Shown: in pieces, positions 29,939 through 39,864 of the stretch
Layout of the letters: each line of letters opens with the position of its first letter
Position numbering within the stretch: the stretch's first letter is position 1
DNA from: Cyanobacteria bacterium SIG31
GTDB lineage: Bacteria > Cyanobacteriota > Vampirovibrionia > Gastranaerophilales > Gastranaerophilaceae
Direction of reading: 5' to 3'
NCBI GenBank assembly: GCA_015152465.1
Contig: SUTX01000005.1
Span: 10,528-74,527 of the forward strand
DNA: 64,000 nt
Made by a program: the position numbers and the translations under genes
The notes under the pieces: model-generated
What the model was told of the DNA's origin: nothing
The model's database searches: none
Seen by the model: the letters and a program-made list of their open reading frames with translations, nothing else

Positions 29939-32032
29939 CTAAGCTTTTATAACACCAACTGATTTAACTTTTACATTTGGACTAATTTCATTATATGACA
30001 TAATTGCAATTTGCGGATAAGTTCTTTCTACCAATTTTCTAAAAAGAAGTCTAATTGGTGAAGAACATAGTATAACAGGTTGATTACCGGTTGCTGTAAT
30101 TGCTTTTTCTAATTCTAAATTCATTTTGTCAAAAAGAGACCTTGTAAACGCTGGATCAAGCGTGACGCTAGTTCCATCTGGACTAGCACCTTTTGCAATA
30201 GTATTTTCTATATCAGGAGAGAGGGTTATTACATATAAATCTCCTGTATCTGCTAGGTTTTGTTTGCAAATATTTCTTGCTAATGCTTGACGTACATGCT
30301 CTGTTAAAAAGTTTGGATTCTTATTAACTTTTGATTGTAGGCTAATTGTTTCAAGGATACTTTTTAAATCTCTAATTGCAACACCTTCTTTAAGAAGATT
30401 TTGTATAACAATCTGTACATCACTTATGGATATATCTTTCATTATATCGTTGACATAATCTTCAGAAACTTCTTTTTTAAGATTATCAATAAGTTGTTGT
30501 ATATCATATCTTGATACGATTTCATAAGCACATTTTTTGATAACTTCTGTTATATGGGTTGAAATTACAGCAGATGCTGAAACAACGGTATAACCAGACA
30601 TTTCAGCTAAATCTTTATCTTTGTTTTCAATCCACAATGCAGGTAGGCCAAAAGCGGGCTCTATTGCGTGAATACCATTAATAGTTAAGTTCCCAACAGG
30701 GTCTCCAGCACACATCGCTAAATACCTTTCTGGATAAACTTCTCCCGATTCCAAAGCAACGCCTTTTAGCTTGATTTGATAAGAATTAGGTGACAATTGT
30801 AGGTTGTCTCTAACCCTTATTGATGGCAAAACAATACCAAGATCGAGGGCAGTTTGTCTGCGAATTTGTGCTATACGCTCAAGTAAATCTCCACCCATTT
30901 CAACGTTAAGTAATTGTACAAGTCTATAGCCAACTTCAATTTCAATTGTGTCAACATTAAGTAGTTCCATAACACTTTCTTTTGTTGCCTTTGCTCGTTT
31001 TTCTTTTTTGCCAATTTTTTCTTGTTGCTCCATTTCCACTTTTTTGGCTTCTTCATTTTGGATAGATTCAACTTTTTCTTTATTCTTTAAATAAGCCATA
31101 CCACCTGCTAAAGCAGCAATAAATAGAAATGGTGCAGTAGGCATACCTGGAACAAGCCCCATAAAACCTAATAACCCTGCGACAACACCGAGTACTCGAG
31201 GGTCAGAAAACATTTCATTTTTTATATCTGTAGAAAGTGACTCATCTTTTCCTGTAGCACGAGATACGATCAAACCAGTTGCAGTAGATATTAAAAGAGC
31301 TGGAATTTGAGATACAAGGCCATCACCTACAGTAAGTATTGTATATGTTCCTAATGCAGACTGTACCGACATGTGTAATTGAACAACTCCAATAATTAAA
31401 CCGCCTACAATATTAATAATTGTAATAACGATACCAGCTGTAGCATCACCTTTAACGAATTTAGAAGCACCATCCATTGTACCGTAGAAGTCGGTTTCTC
31501 TTTCTAGTTTACGTCTTCTTTCTTTTGCTTGCTCTTCATCAATTAGGCCAGAGTTTAAATCAGCGTCTATACTTAGTTGTTTACCAGGCATTTTATCCAA
31601 AGTGAAACGTGCAGAAACTTCAGCTACACGAGTGGCACCGCCGGTAATAACCATAAAGTTGATTAATACCAAAATACAAAATATAACCGCACCGACTACA
31701 TAATTACCACCAACAACAAATTCTCCAAATGAGCTGATTACATTACCAGCCTCACCATTTAGTAAAATCAAACGAGTTGAACTAACGTTTAAGCCTAATC
31801 TAAATAGTGTTGCAATTAAAAGAACAGTAGGAAATGAAGAATAATCTAATGGTTCCTGTGTGTATAAACAAACAAGTAATATGACAACTGCTAAAGATAT
31901 ATTTATGGTCAATAAAATATCTAAGACTGGAGCAGGTAGTGGAATTACCATCATACAGACAATAACAACTAAGCCTATTGCTAGGACTATATCGTTATTT
32001 TTCAGTATGTTTGATAATTTAGATAACTCCAT
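29939..32032 (-). CDS. flhA: Flagellar export apparatus protein FlhA
   Basis: FPTVLLIATLFRL, RVAEVSARFTLDKMPGKQ, FYGTMDGASKFVKGD. Confidence 0.96.
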   Translation of the reverse strand: MELSKLSNILKNNDIVLAIGLVVIVCMMVIPLPAPVLDILLTINISLAVVILLVCLYTQEPLDYSSFPTVLLIATLFRLGLNVSSTRLILLNGEAGNVISSFGEFVVGGNYVVGAVIFCILVLINFMVITGGATRVAEVSARFTLDKMPGKQLSIDADLNSGLIDEEQAKERRRKLERETDFYGTMDGASKFVKGDATAGIVITIINIVGGLIIGVVQLHMSVQSALGTYTILTVGDGLVSQIPALLISTATGLIVSRATGKDESLSTDIKNEMFSDPRVLGVVAGLLGFMGLVPGMPTAPFLFIAALAGGMAYLKNKEKVESIQNEEAKKVEMEQQEKIGKKEKRAKATKESVMELLNVDTIEIEVGYRLVQLLNVEMGGDLLERIAQIRRQTALDLGIVLPSIRVRDNLQLSPNSYQIKLKGVALESGEVYPERYLAMCAGDPVGNLTINGIHAIEPAFGLPALWIENKDKDLAEMSGYTVVSASAVISTHITEVIKKCAYEIVSRYDIQQLIDNLKKEVSEDYVNDIMKDISISDVQIVIQNLLKEGVAIRDLKSILETISLQSKVNKNPNFLTEHVRQALARNICKQNLADTGDLYVITLSPDIENTIAKGASPDGTSVTLDPAFTRSLFDKMNLELEKAITATGNQPVILCSSPIRLLFRKLVERTYPQIAIMSYNEISPNVKVKSVGVIKA

Positions 32033-32045
32033 CCTCTACTTCCAC

Positions 32046-33125
32046 CTAAGTCTCTCTTTTACTATTGTACACATAAGCTAAGATTTCAGCAACAGCTACA
32101 TATAAATCTGATGGTATTATACCATCAACAGGTACCGAATTATATAAAGCTCGTGCAACAGGTCTGTTTTCTACAATGGGGACATTATTGTTTTTTGCGA
32201 TATCTCTGATTTGAAAAGCTAGGTAATCAACACCTTTTGCTACAACGATAGGAGCGGGTGCTTTGGTTTTATCATATTGTATTGCAACCGCATAATGTGT
32301 AGGGTTTGTAACAACAACATCTGCTTGTGGAACTGCTGACATCATTCTTTGGCGAGCCATTTGCATCTGAATCGATTTAATCTTAGCTTTTATTTTTGGA
32401 TCCCCTTCGATATCTTTATGTTCGTCCTTGACTTCTTGTTTAGTCATTTTAATTGATTTTTCATATTCATAGGTTTGATATTTTTTATCAAGATAGCCTA
32501 AAACAAGCATCGCTAAACACATGTTGATAATCATGTTTATTAAAATTGAGCCTATTATATTTAGCGCAATAGGAACTTCTAACCCAACTAAGCCTAGTAA
32601 ATCGCCTTTTCTACTATTAACAGCTGAATAACCGCAAGCTCCTACGATAATTATTTTTAGAATAGATTTCGCAAATTCAACCATTGAGCGTGGTTGGAAA
32701 GGATTTATAATTCGTTTAGCATTTTCTAGCATTCTTCTTGGGCTCAAGTTCTCAAGATTAAATTTTGCTTTTTCTAACGAGAAAACGTGACCAATGTCCA
32801 TTCTAATAACTATAATTGCTAATATTGCGAGTAATACAAAGAATGGAACAACGATTATACCCAAATATTTAAAATACGGATATAAAATTGCTGAGATGCT
32901 AGTTATGTCGACAGAATCTGGGTTTAGATTTGTAAAAGTTTCGTGCATCATTCTAATAATATAGTCATACATGTATTTGAAAAAAACAGCAAGTAAAGCT
33001 ATACCGCCAACCATTACCATTGCGGATTCCATATCTTTACTTTTTGCTACGTTCCCACGCTCTCGTTCTTTTTGGCGCCGTCGGGAGGTGGCTTCTTCAG
33101 TTTTTTCTGCTGCGTCGTTACCCAT
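32046..33125 (-). CDS. flhB: Flagellar export switch protein FlhB
   Basis: EKTEEAT, KMTKQEVKDE, NPTH autocleavage motif. Confidence 0.96.
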   Translation of the reverse strand: MGNDAAEKTEEATSRRRQKERERGNVAKSKDMESAMVMVGGIALLAVFFKYMYDYIIRMMHETFTNLNPDSVDITSISAILYPYFKYLGIIVVPFFVLLAILAIIVIRMDIGHVFSLEKAKFNLENLSPRRMLENAKRIINPFQPRSMVEFAKSILKIIIVGACGYSAVNSRKGDLLGLVGLEVPIALNIIGSILINMIINMCLAMLVLGYLDKKYQTYEYEKSIKMTKQEVKDEHKDIEGDPKIKAKIKSIQMQMARQRMMSAVPQADVVVTNPTHYAVAIQYDKTKAPAPIVVAKGVDYLAFQIRDIAKNNNVPIVENRPVARALYNSVPVDGIIPSDLYVAVAEILAYVYNSKRET

Positions 33126-33142
33126 TTTTTGACCTTATATCT

Positions 33143-33922
33143 TTAGAATATCGTTGCAATTTTTGTTACAAATTGTTCTATTATTACTGCCATATGTTCT
33201 GCCATTGGACGCATAAACATAAGAGATAATAGTAAACCTAAGTATATTTTAAGTGGTAGTGAAACCATGAATATGTTCATTTGAGGCATCATTTTTGAAG
33301 TAAAACCAAGCAATACGTCGGTAATAAAAAGTATCCCAAATATTGGCAATGCTACTCCGAGTCCGACTGAAAAAAGTTGGCTTGTAATGATTACGATTTG
33401 ATCAACCACACCTGGTGAAAAATTCATAACATAACCAATAGGCATGCTTTTAAAGCTGTTGTATATGGCTGAAAATAACCACTGGTGAGCCCCTAAGCCA
33501 ATAAACACCATTGAAGCTAAATATGTAAATGCTTGAGTAATAACTGGAGAGTTCCCTCCTGAGGTCGGGTTTAATGCTTGGTCTGCAGACAAACCCATTT
33601 GAACAGTAAAGGTGTTAACTCCAAGTTCAATACCTACAAAAATAATGTTTGCGCAAAAGCCAATAGCATATCCGATTAAATACTCTTTAAATAAAATTAA
33701 GCTTAATGCTGGAACTGAATTTGGTGTTACAAAATTAGTACTAAGTTGTACTATTGGAAACAAAATAAATGCAATTGCTGCTGATAACCAAACTTTTACC
33801 TGTGCAGGTATAGGGTAAGTCGAGAATAATGGTGCGGATGCAAACAAGCCTGACAATCTTGTGAATATTGCCATAAATAAGATTATATTACTAACAGAGA
33901 ATAATACATCTAAGTTGAACAT
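33143..33922 (-). CDS. fliR: Flagellar export protein FliR
   Basis: Hydrophobic, QMGL, PQMNIFMVSLPLK; context. Confidence 0.93.
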   Translation of the reverse strand: MFNLDVLFSVSNIILFMAIFTRLSGLFASAPLFSTYPIPAQVKVWLSAAIAFILFPIVQLSTNFVTPNSVPALSLILFKEYLIGYAIGFCANIIFVGIELGVNTFTVQMGLSADQALNPTSGGNSPVITQAFTYLASMVFIGLGAHQWLFSAIYNSFKSMPIGYVMNFSPGVVDQIVIITSQLFSVGLGVALPIFGILFITDVLLGFTSKMMPQMNIFMVSLPLKIYLGLLLSLMFMRPMAEHMAVIIEQFVTKIATIF

Positions 33923-34194
33923 TACATCGCACCTATTAACTGCGGAATCATTGAATTAAACTCGTTTACGGTTGTTATAAAAACTCCCATCATCCAAGGT
34001 AGTAAAAATATTAATAATACAACACAACCTACAATTTTAGGTACAAAAGTTAACGTAGATTCTTGGATTTGTGTAACTGTTTGAAATATACTAACCATTA
34101 AACCTATTACAACCCCTACTAAGAGAATTGGAACAGACATTTGTAAGGTCAATATAAACATTTTTTGTAAAAGTGTTATTACTATATCTTGCAT
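33922..34194 (-). CDS. fliQ: Flagellar export protein FliQ
   Basis: VSIFQTVTQIQESTLTFVPK. Confidence 0.95.
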   Translation of the reverse strand: MQDIVITLLQKMFILTLQMSVPILLVGVVIGLMVSIFQTVTQIQESTLTFVPKIVGCVVLLIFLLPWMMGVFITTVNEFNSMIPQLIGAM

Positions 34195-34206
34195 ATTATA
34201 TTACTC

Positions 34207-34962
34207 CTACCTCACAAAGCTTTCGACTAAAGATTTAACTATCAGATACCAGCCATCAACCATAACAAACATAATCAGCTTAAAAGGTAAAGCAATCATA
34301 GATGGAGGCAAAAACATCATCCCCATTGATACTAGAACTGATGAAACAACAATATCTATAACTAAGAATGGCAAGTATACGACAAAGCCTATTGTAAAAG
34401 CTGTTTTAAGCTCACTCATAATAAATGATGGTAATAGAACGTAAGTCGGAACATCATCTTTCGTTTTAGGTTTTTCGATTTTAGCCATTCTGACAAAAAG
34501 TGCAAGTTCTTTTTCGTGAGTTTGCTTAAACATGAAGTTTCTTATAGGCTGTATCCCACGGTCAATTGCGACTTGTTGTGTTATTTGGTTTTTCATGTAT
34601 GGCTGAAGAGCTTTTTCATTAATTTCATTGAAAGTTGGAGCCATAATAAAAAAGGTTAAAATTAGGGCTAGGCCTGTGATAACTTGATTAGGTGGTAAAG
34701 TCCCTGCTCCTAAAGCTTGTCTTGTAAGGGCTAAAACGACTACTAATCGTACAAAACAGGTTGTAAGGATTAATATACTTGGGGCTAAAGTTAGTATTGT
34801 TAACCAAATTAGGATTTGTAGTCCGTTTGTAAAATCTTGTGGTGTGTTAGCATTCTGTAAGCCAATATTTATATTCGGAAACGACATTGCCGCACTAGAA
34901 GGCAACATAGTCATAAATAGGCCTAAGAATAAATATCCCCACTTTCTCATAATATTCATCAT
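34207..34962 (-). CDS. fliP: Flagellar export protein FliP (start refined from 35025)
   Basis: LTILTLAPSI, PPNQV, SELKTAF.IGF, FVMVDGW. Confidence 0.95.
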   Translation of the reverse strand: MMNIMRKWGYLFLGLFMTMLPSSAAMSFPNINIGLQNANTPQDFTNGLQILIWLTILTLAPSILILTTCFVRLVVVLALTRQALGAGTLPPNQVITGLALILTFFIMAPTFNEINEKALQPYMKNQITQQVAIDRGIQPIRNFMFKQTHEKELALFVRMAKIEKPKTKDDVPTYVLLPSFIMSELKTAFTIGFVVYLPFLVIDIVVSSVLVSMGMMFLPPSMIALPFKLIMFVMVDGWYLIVKSLVESFVR

Positions 34963-35117
34963 TAATTCCTCAAAAAAATCAACTATCAATAAGGAGCTAC
35001 TATACTCCCCCACACAAGCATACACTATATATAATTTTCTGACAAAATGTTAAGTTATATGTACTGTTTTAGCAAATAAAATTTTTAGTTGTGTTATAAC
35101 ATTTGAAGGAGTTTACT

Positions 35118-35414
35118 ATGAAAATCAATAATAACAGTATTACTTTTAAAAAACTAACAATGCCATCTCAAGCTGAAATAAGTAAGATATTAGGTCAAGA
35201 GGCAGGGTTCAAAGCTGAAAGAGTGCGTGAGCCTCTAGAAAAGTTAGGCCGCTCGTTAGACTTATCTATTACTCCGGTTAAACTATGGGATAATGGATGT
35301 TTTGTTATTGTTGCAAAAAAGTTTGATGATATATCACCAAAATATGTATTACAAGCAAAAGAAAATAATTTATTAAAACAGGCAAGACGTCTAGTTAAAT
35401 CTATTGGTGTTTAA
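35118..35414 (+). CDS. Hypothetical protein with ITFKK leader
   Basis: RBS aaggag before ATG 35118; divergent from fliP. Confidence 0.65.
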   Translation: MKINNNSITFKKLTMPSQAEISKILGQEAGFKAERVREPLEKLGRSLDLSITPVKLWDNGCFVIVAKKFDDISPKYVLQAKENNLLKQARRLVKSIGV

Positions 35415-35420
35415 ATATCT

Positions 35421-37016
35421 TTATTTTGATACTCGCAAATGTCTGCTTTCTCCCTCGCCTATTGAGGTACTTTGTAGCCCATACTGCTCAATTAATTCAT
35501 GCTGAAGTTTTCTTGTTTGTGTGTTTTGTGGTGTTAGTTCTACACAAGGTGCCCCATCTTGAATCTGTTTAATTGCGTTTTTTGCTTCATCTAGTGCCTG
35601 TTCAGACTCATCACAATACCCAGTATCTTCAGGATTGTCATAAGGACGTATGTCTAGAGCATCTTTTAGTACCTTTTGAATCTGAGCCATAGAGTTTGTT
35701 TTTACATAGAATATTTGTGCTCTATATTCTTTTGCTGTGTTTAAAACTTTTGCACCGCCTTTTGCAAAGTTTTTGTGAGCTAATACAATATCAGCGTCAT
35801 CAACATTACGAGTGATTTCTACGTTAAAGTCTAGCCTTTCAATAATTTTTTCGACAATCGTTCTTGAAACTGCGTATAAATATAGTTTTCTAAGAGGCTT
35901 GTTTTGCTCGCAGTACTTTTGACGTGAGAACGAAAAATTCATTTGATTTTCTTCTGGTTTCTGTACTTGTTGAGCGACAGGAGTTACAACATTTTCTTGC
36001 GGTGTAATTGTTTCACCAACAGGATTTTTTGTGTATTCTTTATCAACCTTTCTTAGTTCAGGTCTAATTGGCCAACCTCTTAATATGTAGTCAACGGCCT
36101 CTGAAGTGTTTTTATACACAGCTAAAGTGTTTCTATCTATAATTTCAATAACAATATCAAAAGTAGGTTGTTTTTCTCTTTCCAATACTGTTTTTTGGGA
36201 AGCTCTTCTTTTTGCTTCATCATCACCTAGTGTTACTGACTGGATTCCACCAACTAAATCCGATAAGGTTGGGTTTTTTATCAAGCTTTCTAAACTATTA
36301 CCGTGAGCAGTAGCTATAAGCATTACACCCCGTTCTGCAATAGTTCTTGCCGCTTGAGCCTCTGCTTCAGTACCAATTTCGTCGACTACAATAACTTCAG
36401 GTGTATGGTTCTCTACAGCTTCAATCATAATATCTTTTTGAAATTCAGGTTGAGGTACTTGCATTCTACGAGCAGCTCCAATAGCTGGATGAGGAGTGTC
36501 TCCATCGCCTGCTATTTCGTTTGAAGTGTCTACAATAACAACACGTTTGCCGAGTTCATCAGCAACTAATCTCGATATTTCCCTTAACTTAGTTGTTTTA
36601 CCTACTCCAGGACGACCTAGAAATAATATGCTCTTACCTTGTGTACATATATCTTTTATACAAGCAATTGTACCTGTTACAACACGACCGATACGACAGG
36701 TAAGACCTACAACTTTCCCTTGCCTGTTGCGTATTGCACTTATACGGTGTAAAGTACCAGGTATTCCAGATCTGTTATCATGTGTAAATTCTTGTAAGTG
36801 TGATGTTACAAAATCAATATCTTCTTCTGTGATAAGATTATTCCCGAGCTTGTCAATTTTACCGCCAGCGTGCCTAATCTCAGCAGCCCTACCAATATCT
36901 AACACTATTTCGATGACATCCTGTAGTTCATCCTTAGATAGGTACTTTACAACCTTCTGGGGCATAATACTGATTAATCGTTCAAGATCATTTTGAAGTT
37001 GCAGATTATTTGTCAT
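35421..37016 (-). CDS. Ycf45/SpoIIIAA-like AAA ATPase with C-terminal R3H domain
   Basis: GRPGVGKTT, IVDTSNEIAGDGD, DEIG, ATAHG, C-terminal RKLQHELIEQYGL.S.S.G....R. Confidence 0.85.
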   Translation of the reverse strand: MTNNLQLQNDLERLISIMPQKVVKYLSKDELQDVIEIVLDIGRAAEIRHAGGKIDKLGNNLITEEDIDFVTSHLQEFTHDNRSGIPGTLHRISAIRNRQGKVVGLTCRIGRVVTGTIACIKDICTQGKSILFLGRPGVGKTTKLREISRLVADELGKRVVIVDTSNEIAGDGDTPHPAIGAARRMQVPQPEFQKDIMIEAVENHTPEVIVVDEIGTEAEAQAARTIAERGVMLIATAHGNSLESLIKNPTLSDLVGGIQSVTLGDDEAKRRASQKTVLEREKQPTFDIVIEIIDRNTLAVYKNTSEAVDYILRGWPIRPELRKVDKEYTKNPVGETITPQENVVTPVAQQVQKPEENQMNFSFSRQKYCEQNKPLRKLYLYAVSRTIVEKIIERLDFNVEITRNVDDADIVLAHKNFAKGGAKVLNTAKEYRAQIFYVKTNSMAQIQKVLKDALDIRPYDNPEDTGYCDESEQALDEAKNAIKQIQDGAPCVELTPQNTQTRKLQHELIEQYGLQSTSIGEGESRHLRVSK

Positions 37017-37198
37017 GTTTTATATAGAATGCCTTTCTGCTTTCGCATTTGGCTAGGAACTATACAAGCTTATCTCCTACCACTATTATAACATATTTTT
37101 ACATCCCTTTGAACTCTTTGTCACGATTATTAAGAAATATTAACAATGTTTAAGTGTCCAAAAAACCCTTTTAATGGAGCTTTTTACTGTTTATATAT

Positions 37199-37226
37199 AA
37201 AAAACGGAGCTTGTGCTCCGTTTTTT
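37199..37226 (-). terminator. Terminator
   Basis: aaaaaacggagc-ttgt-gctccgtttttt. Confidence 0.8.
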
Positions 37227-37271
37227 CTCTGTCTTTTTTTTCTCTCTTTTTTTGCTCTCTCTCAACGATTG

Positions 37272-37568
37272 TTAAACGCCTGCATTATTTTTGTCTTTGA
37301 CTTGCATCTGCTCTTCTTTTTCTTGTTCCTTATCTTTAGCTGCTTGTTCTTTTTCTTGTTTTTCTACATACATTGTTGCAAACTGTGCGTATAAATCTTC
37401 GTCTTGAAGTATCTCATCAAGCTCTAGATAATTATTTTCATCTACATTTGCCTCTTCATATTTATCTGCATCTATGCCATGTTTTTGTGCTTGTCCTTGA
37501 GCTACTTTAGTTCCAACTGTTTGTAATATAAAATTTTTCAATACATTCGGATTAATATTAGTTGACAT
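37272..37568 (-). CDS. Small acidic protein with EF-hand-like loop
   Basis: NVDENNYLELDE loop, RBS aggag, terminator downstream. Confidence 0.65.
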   Translation of the reverse strand: MSTNINPNVLKNFILQTVGTKVAQGQAQKHGIDADKYEEANVDENNYLELDEILQDEDLYAQFATMYVEKQEKEQAAKDKEQEKEEQMQVKDKNNAGV

Positions 37569-37718
37569 ATTAAAGCTCCTATTATTACATCTTACATATC
37601 TATAAAGTGTTTAAATTTTCTTTGATTTCAGAAGGTGTTTTTTTTGTTACAAATCTTAATATTGAAAATATCTACTTTGGTAATTGTAGATTATTTATTT
37701 TAATAAAAAGATTTATAT

Positions 37719-38366
37719 ATGAAAAAAATAATAATATTATTAATGTTGCTCATAAATTTACCAACATTTGCTCTTGATAGAGAAGAACAAGCTATAATTT
37801 CTTTGTATAAAAAAATAAATCCAGCAATTGTATGCGTTGATTCACAGGCCTCTGATGGTCTTTCCTGCGGGACCGGGTGTGTTATTCATAAAAGCGGAAT
37901 AATTTTAACAAGTGCTCATGTTATTGAAGATGCAGGCAATGTAATAGTAACGATGTTTAATGGTAAGGATTATAAAGCTAGGGTTTTAAAACGTTTTGGT
38001 GAAAATAAAGATATTGCTTTGTTGAAAATAGAGTCTACTGATGAATTAAAAACTGTTAAGTTTGGTGACTCCGAAAGAATAGAAGTCGGGCAAAAAGTAT
38101 TAGCTATAGGCAACCCTTTTGGGTTTAATGGAACATTAACACAAGGGATTATTTCAAGAATTGATTATGCAAAAAATAGGATTCAAACAGACGCTGCTAT
38201 TAATCCAGGCTCTTCTGGTGGGCCACTACTTAATAAGAATGGTGAAATTATTGGGATAAATCAAGCAATTTATAATCCAGATAATAATATTTCAAATATA
38301 GGAATTGGGTTTGCTATACCAATAAATTCTGTTAAAGAGTATTTAAAAAGTTGTTCATTACTTTAA
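37719..38366 (+). CDS. Secreted trypsin-like (HtrA/Deg family) serine protease lacking PDZ
   Basis: Signal peptide; triad SAHV, KDIA, INPGSSGGPL; 215 aa. Confidence 0.9.
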   Translation: MKKIIILLMLLINLPTFALDREEQAIISLYKKINPAIVCVDSQASDGLSCGTGCVIHKSGIILTSAHVIEDAGNVIVTMFNGKDYKARVLKRFGENKDIALLKIESTDELKTVKFGDSERIEVGQKVLAIGNPFGFNGTLTQGIISRIDYAKNRIQTDAAINPGSSGGPLLNKNGEIIGINQAIYNPDNNISNIGIGFAIPINSVKEYLKSCSLL

Positions 38367-38410
38367 TCAATATTTATTTACATTTTTGTAAAAAATATTA
38401 TAATGTTTAT

Positions 38411-38989
38411 ATGTTAAAACGATTATTAACAGTTGTATTACTATTATTCATCGGTTCTTGTATTGCATCAGAACCGAACTTAAGAGACTATGATGAGTTT
38501 ACAATACCATCAGGGTACTTTATTCCAATAATGTCGTTACAAGAATTTTCAACAGCATATACGGAAGAAGGAGAACAACTGAATTTTGTAACGACAAATG
38601 ACATATTTATGTTTGATAAAAAAGTTATACCTCAAGGTTCAAAACTAACAGGTTATATTGAAAAGAAGAATGAACCTATAAAAGGTACAAATGCGTCAAT
38701 GACGGTTTTTATAAATAAGCTATATCTAACGGACGGTTTTGAACTTCCTATTAAAGCTTATGTTAATACTTCTGCTGGTAATAAAATTGGCGGTGAATTA
38801 ACACCACCATTGACATATAATAGAATCCCACATTATCAACGTTGGACAATGTTTAAAGCGATGGGAGTGTTACAGTGCGTTCCAGGTGCAGAAAGAAGAA
38901 TGGGGGAGCATGTTACAATTTCTTCTGGAGCAAATTTGACAATAGTATTAGTAGCTCCTATTAATATGACACACACTGTAATAAATTGA
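38411..38989 (+). CDS. Secreted hypothetical protein, TrbI/VirB10-like beta domain
   Basis: Signal peptide, IPQGSKLTGYIE.K.....G.N..M pattern. Confidence 0.6.
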   Translation: MLKRLLTVVLLLFIGSCIASEPNLRDYDEFTIPSGYFIPIMSLQEFSTAYTEEGEQLNFVTTNDIFMFDKKVIPQGSKLTGYIEKKNEPIKGTNASMTVFINKLYLTDGFELPIKAYVNTSAGNKIGGELTPPLTYNRIPHYQRWTMFKAMGVLQCVPGAERRMGEHVTISSGANLTIVLVAPINMTHTVIN

Positions 38990-39038
38990 CAAATTCAATC
39001 AAGGATATAGAATATTATTATAGAGAGGGGATTGGAGT

Positions 39039-39776
39039 ATGAAAAAACAATTAATAGCTGTTTTGTTAATATCAAGTGTTATGTCTGTGAATTCTGCACT
39101 TGCAGCTACTAACTATTCTTATCAAGCAACACAAGTTCAACCAGTTCAAAATAGTCAATATTATCAGCAACCGTTACAATATCCTAAAAATAATACATTA
39201 CAAGGTAGTGTAGTGATGGTTCCTGCTGGAGCGACAGTGAAAGCTATGTTGACCTCTCCGTTATCGTCTCAATATACAACATCAGGCCAGACAGTTAGTT
39301 TAGCTTTAAATGATGATTTTTACTATGATGATAAACTAATCGCACCAGCTGGTAGTGTTATTTATGGTACAGTTATTGAATCATCTAAAGCTAAGAGAGG
39401 TAGTATTAATGGTAAACTATGTGTTAGATTTACGCAAATATATACACCATACGGAACGCAGATTCCTATTTCAGCTGTGATTAAAACTCAAGATTCTACT
39501 GGAGTTTTAGTCGGTGGAACAAAACTTGATGTTACAAAAGAATATGCAAAGGATTTAACTGCTGGTTCAGCTGCTGGAGCACTTTCTGGTTTAGTATTTG
39601 GTGCTCTTGCTGGTGGCGATGTTGGTAGAGGTGCTGCCCTCGGTACTGCAGTTGGTGCTGGTGGTGGTTTAGTTAAATCAGTTTGGGATAAAGGTAATGA
39701 TGTAGAAATTCCAGCAAATGCTAGTATTGATTTAGTTCTAACTCAGCCAATTACTGTGAATGCTGCTTCTTACTAA
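39039..39776 (+). CDS. Secreted protein with TrbI-like beta domain and glycine-zipper hairpin
   Basis: Signal peptide, APAGSVIYGTV..S.K.....NG.L, GAALGTAVGAGGG. Confidence 0.7.
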   Translation: MKKQLIAVLLISSVMSVNSALAATNYSYQATQVQPVQNSQYYQQPLQYPKNNTLQGSVVMVPAGATVKAMLTSPLSSQYTTSGQTVSLALNDDFYYDDKLIAPAGSVIYGTVIESSKAKRGSINGKLCVRFTQIYTPYGTQIPISAVIKTQDSTGVLVGGTKLDVTKEYAKDLTAGSAAGALSGLVFGALAGGDVGRGAALGTAVGAGGGLVKSVWDKGNDVEIPANASIDLVLTQPITVNAASY

Positions 39777-39864
39777 AATTAGTAGATAAATCTATTCTAT
39801 AGGATAATTTAAAAATATTTCTTACAAATTATTCTGTTTATGTATTATAAGAGAGAAATAATAA

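Noticed and set aside
36496-36996. 166-aa plus-strand ORF, and similar antisense ORFs at 18289-18717 and 62039-62395
   Set aside because: Fully antisense to well-supported genes (ycf45-like, gyrA, decarboxylase), with no RBS or recognisable motifs
37146-37394. 82-aa plus-strand ORF rich in Phe/Leu/Cys
   Set aside because: Antisense shadow of the Glu/Lys-rich gene 37272-37568 and spans its terminator
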